Assembly: GCA_964016885.1 (NCBI GenBank)
Contig: OZ024741.1
Coordinates: 257,300,001-257,364,000 of the forward strand
Length of the DNA stretch: 64,000 nt
Direction of reading: 5' to 3'
Source of the DNA: Eledone cirrhosa
Taxonomy: Eukaryota
The number at the start of each line of letters is the position of its first letter. The stretch's first letter is position 1. Position numbers and translations under genes: made by a program. The notes beneath the pieces were generated by a model, which saw nothing but the letters and a program-made list of their open reading frames with translations, had not been told where the DNA came from and made no database searches. Positions 56,701 through 64,000 of the stretch are shown piece by piece.

Positions 56701-59700
56701 TTCGACTTACGAGTGCTTCGGTTTGCGAGTGTTTCGACTTACGAGTGTTTCGGCTTATGAGTGTTTCGACTTATGAGTGTTTCGACTTACGAGTGTTTTG
56801 ACTTATGGTGTTTCGGCTTACGAGTGTTTCGACATACGAGTGTTTTGACTTACGCGGGTTTCGACTTACGGGTGTTTCGACGTAAGAGTGTTTCGACTTA
56901 CGAGCGCTTCGACTTACGAGTGTTTCGACTTACGAGTGTTTCGGCGTACGAGTGTTTTGACTTACGAGTGCTTTGACTTACGAATGTTTTGAATTACTTC
57001 GACTTACGAGTGATCTGACTTACGAGTGTTCCTACTTACGAGTGTTTCGTCTTACGAGTGTTTCGACTTGCGAGTGTTTCGACTTACGAGTGTTTCGACT
57101 TACGAGTGTTCTGACTTACGAGTGTTCTGACTTACGAGTGTTCTGACTTACGAGTGTTCCGACTTACGAGTGTTTCGACTTACGAGTGTTTTGACTTACG
57201 AATGTTCTGACTTACGAGTGTTTCGCCTTACGAGTGTTTCGACTTACGAGTGTTTCGCCTTACGAGTGTTTCGACTTACGAGTGTTTTAACTTACGGTTG
57301 TTTCGACTTACGTGTTTTTCGACTACGAATGTTCCGACTTACGAGTGTTTCGACTTACGAGTGTTTCGACTTACGAGTGCTTTGACTTACGAATGTTTTG
57401 ACTTACTTCGACTTACGAGTGATCTGACTTACGAGTGTTCCTACTTACGAGTGTTTCGACTTACGAGTGTTTCGACTTGCGACTGTTTCGACTTACGAGT
57501 GTTTCGGCTTACGAGTGTTTCGGTGTTTCGGCTTACGTGTGTTTCGACTTACGAGTGTTTCGACTTACGAGTGTTTCGGCTTATGAGTGTTTCGACTTAC
57601 GAGTGCTTCGGCTTACGAGTGTTTCGACTTACGAGTATTTCGGCTTACGAGTGTTTCGACGTACGAATGTTTTGGCTTACGAGTGTTTCGGCTTATGAGT
57701 GTTTCGACTTACGAGTGTTTCGACTTACGAGTGTTTCGGCTTACGAGTGTTACGAGTGTTCTGACTTACGAGTGTTTCGACTTACGAGTGTTCTGACCTA
57801 CGAGCGTTCTGACTTACGAGTGTTTCGACTTACGAGTGTTTTGACTTACGGGTGTTTCGACTTACGAGTGTGTCGAGTTACGAGTGTTTCGAGTTACGAG
57901 TGTTTCGACTTACGAGTGTTCTGACTTACGAGCGTTCCGACTTACGAGTGTTTCGACTTACGAGTGTTAAGACTTACGGGTGTTTTGACATACGAGTGTT
58001 TCGATACGAGTGTTTCGACTTACGAGTGTTACGAGTGTTCTGACTTACGAGTGTTTCGACTTACGAGTGTTCTGACCTACGAGTGTTCTGACTTACGAGT
58101 GTTTCGACTTACGAGTGTTTTGACTTACGGGTGTTTCGACTTACGAGTGTTTCGACTTACGAGTGTTTCGAGTTACGAGTGTTTCGACTTACGAGTGTTT
58201 TGACTTACGAATGTTCCGACTTACGGGTGTTTCGGCTTAAGAGTGTTTCGACTTACGAGTGTTTTAACTTACGGGTGTTTCGACTTACACGTGTTTCGAC
58301 TTGCGAGTGTTTCGACGTACGAGTGTTTCGACTACGAATGTTCCGACTTACGAGTGTTTCGACTTACGAGTGTTTCGACTTACGAGTAATCTGACTTACG
58401 GGTGTTCCGACTTACGAGTGTTTCGGCTTACGATTGTTTTGACTTACGATTGTTTGGCTTACGAATGTTTCGACTTACGAGTGTTTCGACTTACGAGTGT
58501 TTTGACTTACGGTGTTTCGGCTTACGAGTGTTTCGACTTACGAGTGTTTTGACTTACGGGTGTTTTGACATACGAGTGTTTCGATACGAGTGTTCTGACT
58601 TACGAGTGTTCTGACTTACGAGTGTTCTGACTTACGGGTGTTCTGACTTACGAGTGTTCCGACTTACGAGTGTTTCGGCTTATGAGGGTTTCGACTTACG
58701 AGTGCTTCGGCTTACGAGTGTTTCGACTTACGAGTGTTTCGGCTTACGAGTGTTTCGACTTACGAATGTTTTGGCTTACGAGTGTTTCGGCTTACGAGTG
58801 TTTCGACTTACGAGTGTTTCGACTTATGGTGTTTCGGCTTACGAGTGTTTCGACATACGAGTGTTTTGACGTACGGGTGTTTCGACCTACGGGTCTTTCG
58901 ACTTACGAGTGTTTCGACTTACGAGTGTTTTGAATTACGAGTGTTTTGACTTACGGTGTTTCTGCTTACGAGTGTTTCGACTTACGAGTGTTATGACTTA
59001 CGGGTGTTTTGACATACGAGTGTTTTCGATACGAGTGTTTCGACTTACGAGTGTTTTGACTTACGAGTGTTTCGAGTTACGAGTGTTTCGACTTACGAAT
59101 GTTTTTACTTACGAATGTTCTGACTTACGGGTGTTTCGGCTTACGAGTGTTTCGACTTACGAGTGTTTTAAATTACGGGTGTTTCTACTTACGCGTGTTT
59201 CGACTTGCAAGTGTTTCGACTTACGAGTGTTTCGACTACGAATGTTCCGACTTACGAGTGTTTCGACTTATGAGTGTTTCGACTTACGAGTGTTCTGACT
59301 TACGGGTGTTCCGACTTACGAGTGTTTCGGCTTACGATTGTTTTGACTTACGATTGTATTGGCTTACGAATGTTTCGACTTACTTCGACTTACGAGTGAT
59401 CTGACTTACGAGTGTTCCTACTTACGAGTGTTTCGACTTAGGAGTGTTTCGACTTGCGAGTGTTTCGACTTACGAGTGTTTCGGCTTACGAGTGTCTCGG
59501 TGTTTCGGCTCACGTGTGTTTCGACTTACGAGTGTTTCGACTTACGAGTGTTTCGGCTTATGAGTGTTTCGACTTACGAGTGCTTCGGCTTACGAGTGTT
59601 TCGACTTACGAGTGTTTCGGCTTACGAGTGTTTCGACGTACGAATGTTTTGGCTTACGAGTGTTTCGGCTTATGAGTGTTTCGACTTACGAGTGTTTCGA

Positions 59701-59860
59701 CTTACGAGTGTTTCGGCTTACGAGTGTTTCGACTTACGAGTGTTTCGGCTTACGAGTGTTTCAGTGTTTCGGCTTACGTGTTTTTTGACTTACGAGTGTT
59801 TCGACTTACGAGTGTTTCGGCTTACGAGTGTTTCGGCTTACGAGTGTTTCGGCTTATATA

Positions 59861-59940
59861 TAAACGTTTCTATTTCCATCGTTTTATCGTAAACGTTTAT
59901 ATATTTCCATCGTTATATCATAACGTTTATATTTCCGTCA
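59861..59940 (+). repeat. Three degenerate ~30-bp tandem subrepeats (TAAACGTTT.TATTTCCATCGTT.TATC); also at 62934-63013
   Basis: Units at 59861-59889, 59890-59920 and 59921-59940 (partial). Confidence 0.85.
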
Positions 59941-60116
59941 CTAATCTCTTTTTCTCCTTTTACGTTTTAACATATATTTATTTCAAAGATTTCACCGTAT
60001 AGATAACATATATATTTATACATGCATAAAAGACACACCGAGAGACGGTGAAAATGTGGTGCCAAAAACATTTCTCATCCAAATCTCAACAATATCAGTA
60101 TATACACCAGATTTGC

Positions 60117-60151
60117 TAGCAGAAAACCGCCCACCAGGTGGTTTTCTGCTA
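60117..60151. other. Inverted repeat/hairpin TAGCAGAAAACCGCC-cacca-GGTGGTTTTCTGCTA
   Basis: 15-bp stem with one G.T pair and a 5-nt loop. Confidence 0.92.
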
Positions 60152-60167
60152 TTCTATATATATAAAA

Positions 60168-60561
60168 CTGAGGATGTCTGTCTGTGTGTGAGTTTGAATC
60201 CCTAAAACTCGAGAACCACCCAACCGACTGTTTTCAAACTTTACACATGTAATACTTATGTTTCAGGGAGTGTTCTGAGCAAAGAATATTTCAAATTTTC
60301 AATGCCGTAGGGACCACATTAAGCGATTTAGCGATCTCTCTCTATAATTCTTAGTCTTTCTCTTTTTAGATAGATACATACATATAACGTCGTGCCCTTA
60401 TAATATCTGTCTGTATGTCTGGCTGTCTGCATTACGTCACTTCCCTGAGGATGTCTGTGTGTGTGTGTGTGTCTGTGAGTTTGAATCCCTAAAATGCGAG
60501 AAGTACCCAACCGATTTTTTTCAAACTTTACATGTGTATTACTTATGTTTCAGGGAGTGTT
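60168..60561 (+). repeat. Diverged direct repeat within the insert (60168-60274 and 60445-60561); also at +3073
   Basis: Both read CTGAGGATGTCTG(TG)nAGTTTGAATCCCTAAAA..CGAGAA..ACCCAACCGA..TTCAAACTTTACA..TACTTATGTTTCAGGGAGTGTT. Confidence 0.92.
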
Positions 60562-60594
60562 TGTTATGCACATAAAATTCAACCTTTTGATCTG

Positions 60595-62929
60595 GTGTTT
60601 TGAATTACGAGTGTTTCGATACGAGTGTTTCGACTTACGAGTGTTCTGACTTACGAGTGTTCTGACTTACGAGCGTTCTGACTTACGAGTGTTCCGACTT
60701 ACGAGTGTTTCGGCTTACGAGTGTTTTCGACTTACGAGTGTTCTGACTTACGAGTGTTTCGACTTACGAGCGTTCCGACTTACGAGTGTTTCGACTTACG
60801 AGTGCTTTGACTTACGAATGTTTTGACTTACTTCGACTTACGAGTGATCTGACTTACGATTGTTCCTACTTACGAGTGTTTCGACTTACGAGTGTTTCGA
60901 CTTGCGAGTGTTTCGGCTTACGAGTGTTTCGGTGTTTCGGCTTACGTGTGTTTCGACTTACGAGTGTTTCGACTTACGAGTGTTTCGGCTTATGAGTGTT
61001 TCGACTTACGAGTGCTTCGGCTTACGAGTGTTTCGACTTACGAGTGTTCTGACCTACGAGTGTTCTGACTTACAAGTGTTTCGACTTACGAGTGTTTTGA
61101 CTTACGGGTGTTTCGACTTACGAGTGTTTCGACTTACGAGTGTTTCGAGTTACGAGTGTTTCGACTTACGAGTGTTTTGACTTACGAATGTTCCGACTTA
61201 CGGGTGTTTCGGCTTACGAGTGTTTCGACTTACGAGTGTTTTAACTTACGGGTGGTTCGACTTACACGTGTTTCGACTTGCGAGTGTTTCGACGTACGAG
61301 TGTTTCGACTACGAATCTTCCGACTTACGAGTGTTTCGACTTACGAGTGTTTCGACTTACGAGTGTTTCGACTTACATGTAATCTGACTTACGGGTGTTC
61401 CGACTTACGAGTGTTTCGGCTTACGATTGTTTTGACTTACGATTGTTTGGCTTACGAATGTTTCGACTTACGAGTGTTTCGACTTACGAGTGTTTTGACT
61501 TACGGTGTTTCGGCTTACGAGTGTTTCGACTTACGAGTGTTTTGACTTACGGGTGTTTTGACATACGAGTGTTTCGATACAAGTGTTCTGACTTACGAGT
61601 GTTCTGACTTACGAGTGTTCTGACTTACGGGTGTTCTGACTTACGAGTGTTCCGACTTACGAGTGTTTCGGCTTATGAGGGTTTCGACTTACGAGTGCTT
61701 CGGCTTACGAGTGTTTCGACTTACGAGTGTTTCGGCTTACGAGTGTTTCGACTTACGAATGTTTTGGCTTACGAGTGTTTCGGCTTACGAGTGTTTCAAC
61801 TTACGAGTGTTTCGACTTATGGTGTTTCGGCTTACGAGTGTTTCGACATACGAGTGTTTTGACGTACGGGTGTTTCGACCTACGGGTCTTTCGACTTACG
61901 AGTGTTTCGACTTACGAGTGTTTCGGCGTACGAGTGTTTCGACTTACGAGTGTTTCGACTTACGAGTGTTTCGACTTACGAGTGTTTCGTCTTACGAGTG
62001 TTTTGAATTACGAGTGTTTTGACTTACGGTGTTTCTGCTTACGAGTGTTTCGACTTACGAGTGTTATGACTTACGGGTGTTTTGACATACGAGTGTTTTC
62101 GATACGAGTGTTTCGACTTACGAGTGTTTTGACTTACGAGTGTTTCGAGTTACGAGTGTTTCGACTTACGAATGTTTTTACTTACGAATGTTCTGACTTA
62201 CGGGTGTTTCGGCTTACGAGTGTTTCGACTTACGAGTGTTTTAACTTACGGGTATTTCTACTTACGCGTGTTTCGACTTGCAAGTGTTTCGACTTACGAG
62301 TGTTTCGACTACGAATGTTCCGACTTACGAGTGTTTCAACTTATGAGTGTTTCGACTTACGAGTGTTCTGACTTACGGGTGTTCCGACTTACGAGTGTTT
62401 CGGCTTACGATTGTTTTGACTTACGATTGTATTGGCTTACGAATGTTTCGACTTACTTCGACTTACGAGTGATCTGACTTAGGAGTGTTCCTACTTACGA
62501 GTGTTTCGACTTAGGAGTGTTTCGACTTGCGAGTGTTTCGACTTACGAGTGTTTCGGCTTACGAGTGTTTCGGTGTTTCGGCTCACGTGTGTTTCGACTT
62601 ACGAGTGTTTCGACTTACGAGTGTTTCGGCTTATGAGTGTTTCGACTTACGAGTGCTTCGGCTTACGAGTGTTTCGACTTACGAGTGTTTCGGCTTACGA
62701 GTGTTTCGACGTACGAATGTTTTGGCTTACGAGTGTTTCGGCTTATGAGTGTTTCGACTTACGAGTGTTTCGACTTACGAGTGTTTCGGCTTACGAGTGT
62801 TTCGACTTACGAGTGTTTCGGCTTACGAGTGTTTCAGTGTTTCGGCTTACGTGTGTTTCGACTTACGAGTGTTTCGACTTACGAGTGTTTCGGCTTACGA
62901 GTGTTTCGGCTTACGAGTGTTTCGGCTTA
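60595..62929 (+). repeat. 16-bp satellite between the two insert copies
   Basis: Same monomer and orientation; no 69-bp spacer. Confidence 0.98.
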
Positions 62930-63667
62930 TATATAAACGTATCTATTTCCATCGTTTTATCGTAAACGTTTATATATTTCCATCGTTATATCATAACGTT
63001 TATATTTCCGTCACTAATCTCTTTTTCTCCTTTTCCGATTTAACATATATTTATTTCAAAGATTTCACCGTATAGATAACATATATATTTATACATGCAT
63101 AAAAGACACACCGAGAGACGGTGAAAATGTGGTGCCAAAAACATTTCTCATCCAAATCTCAACAATATCAGTATATACACTAGATTTGCTAGCAGAAAAC
63201 CGCCCACCGGGTGGTTTTCTGCTATTCTATATATATAAAACTGAGGATGTCTGTCTGTGTGTGAGTTTGAATCCCTAAAACTCGAGAACCACCCAACCGA
63301 CTGTTTTCAAACTTTACACATGTAATACTTATGTTTCAGGGAGTGTTCTGAGCAAAAGATATTTCAAATTTTCAATGCCGTAAGGACCACATTAAGCGAT
63401 TTAGCGATCTCTCTCTATAATTCTTAGTCTTTCTCTTTTTAGATAGATACATACATATAACGTCGTGCCCTTATAATATCTGTCTGTATGTCTGGCTGTC
63501 TGCATTACGTCACTTCCCTGAGGATGTCTGTGTGTGTATGTGTGTCTGTGAGTTTGAATCCCTAAAATGCGAGAAGTACCCAACCGATTTTTTTCAAACT
63601 TTACATGTGTATTACTTATGTTTCAGGGAGTGTTTGTTATGCACATAAAATTCAACCTTTTGATCTG
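62930..63667. mobile_element. ~738-bp composite insert, copy 2
   Basis: Colinear with copy 1 at +3073, with the same flanking junctions and about 9 substitutions counted by eye. Confidence 0.65.
63190..63224. other. Hairpin, copy 2: TAGCAGAAAACCGCCC-acc-GGGTGGTTTTCTGCTA
   Basis: 16-bp stem with one G.T pair and a 3-nt loop. Confidence 0.92.
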
Positions 63668-64000
63668 GTGTATTGAATTACGAGTGTTTCGATACGAGTG
63701 TTTCGACTTACGAGTGTTCTGACTTACGAGTGTTCTGACTTACGAGCGTTCTGACTTACGAGTGTTCCGACTTACGAGTGTTTCGGCTTACGAGTGTTTC
63801 GACTTACGAGTGTTCTGACTTACGAGTGTTTCGACTTACGAGCGTTCCGACTTACGAGTGTTTCGGCTTACGAGTGTTCCGACTTACGAGTGTTTCGACT
63901 AACGAGTGTTTCGGCTTACGAGTGTTTCGACTTACGAGTGTTCTGACTTACGAGTGTTCCGACTTACGAGCGTTCCGACTTACGAGTGTTTCGACTTACG
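63668..64000 (+). repeat. 16-bp satellite, runs off the right edge
   Basis: Same monomer; its start parallels 60595 onward at offset 3073. Confidence 0.98.

Larger units (their letters stand above)
1..59856 (+). repeat. 16-bp satellite array, consensus (GACTTACGAGTGTTTC)n, organised in higher-order repeats; runs off the left edge
   Basis: Read directly. Common variants: GGCTTA, TGTTCT, TGTTTT, TGTTCC, TTACGGG, TTATGAG, plus shortened units (15-bp GACTTACGGTGTTTC, 14-bp GATACGAGTGTTTC). No inversion seen. Interrupted only by the 69-bp spacers. Confidence 0.99.
59857..60594. mobile_element. ~738-bp AT-rich composite insert with non-autonomous Helitron-like termini, copy 1
   Basis: Non-satellite DNA containing three ~30-bp subrepeats, a 15-bp-stem hairpin (60117-60151), a TCTATATATATAAAA start at 60153 followed by TCTG/TG microsatellite, and an internal ~110-bp duplication. 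No transposase ORF. The boundaries are clear; the Helitron assignment is inference. Confidence 0.65.

Noticed and set aside
59990-60053. TTTCACCGT...ACGGTGAAA 9-bp inverted repeat and the CACCG-AGAGA-CGGTG mini-hairpin
   Set aside because: Short and not tied to any visible boundary; could be chance.
60117-60151. Rho-independent terminator
   Set aside because: No upstream gene, no U-tract after the stem, and the context is eukaryotic repeat DNA.
60328-60510. 60-aa minus-strand ORF (also 63401-63583) and + ORFs reading into the insert
   Set aside because: Short, built from microsatellite translations (THRHTH, RER), with no recognisable domain.
42-62965. Several hundred + strand ORFs of 60-230 aa
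   Set aside because: They are translations of a stop-free 16-bp repeat. They overlap in all three frames, mostly start at GTG, and are broken by indels that do not respect the frame.
1-64000. CRISPR array
   Set aside because: The repeats are contiguous with no unique spacers, the 69-bp interruptions are identical to each other, and there are no cas genes.
1-64000. Telomerase-made telomeric tract (GT-rich strand, occasional TTAGG)
   Set aside because: Variants are inherited in kb-scale HORs rather than templated anew. There are no G-runs, and TTAGG occurs only as isolated C>G variants. A subtelomeric location is not excluded.
1-64000. Assignment to a species or named satellite family, or a firm centromere call
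   Set aside because: Not supportable without database searches or chromatin data.

Overview
The window is almost entirely one eukaryote-type satellite array with no credible genes. About 3,800 head-to-tail copies of a 16-bp monomer (consensus GACTTACGAGTGTTTC) lie in a single orientation. Monomer variants form ~1.6-3.7 kb higher-order repeats (HORs), each marked by a near-invariant 69-bp AT-rich spacer (19 copies, 787-53739). The HORs are nested in near-identical 8,129-bp and 18,194-bp duplications, and the first ~3.2 kb recurs at ~50-53.2 kb. The array is layered: a homogeneous core (~3.3-44.6 kb), flanks sharing a different variant set, and a spacer-less distal zone (>53.8 kb). The distal zone carries two copies of a ~738-bp insert with Helitron-like termini. 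The + strand ORFs are artefacts of a stop-free monomer. The most interesting hypothesis is unproven: the monomer may be an amplified pogo/Tigger transposon end motif resembling a CENP-B box, making this a candidate centromeric or pericentromeric satellite.
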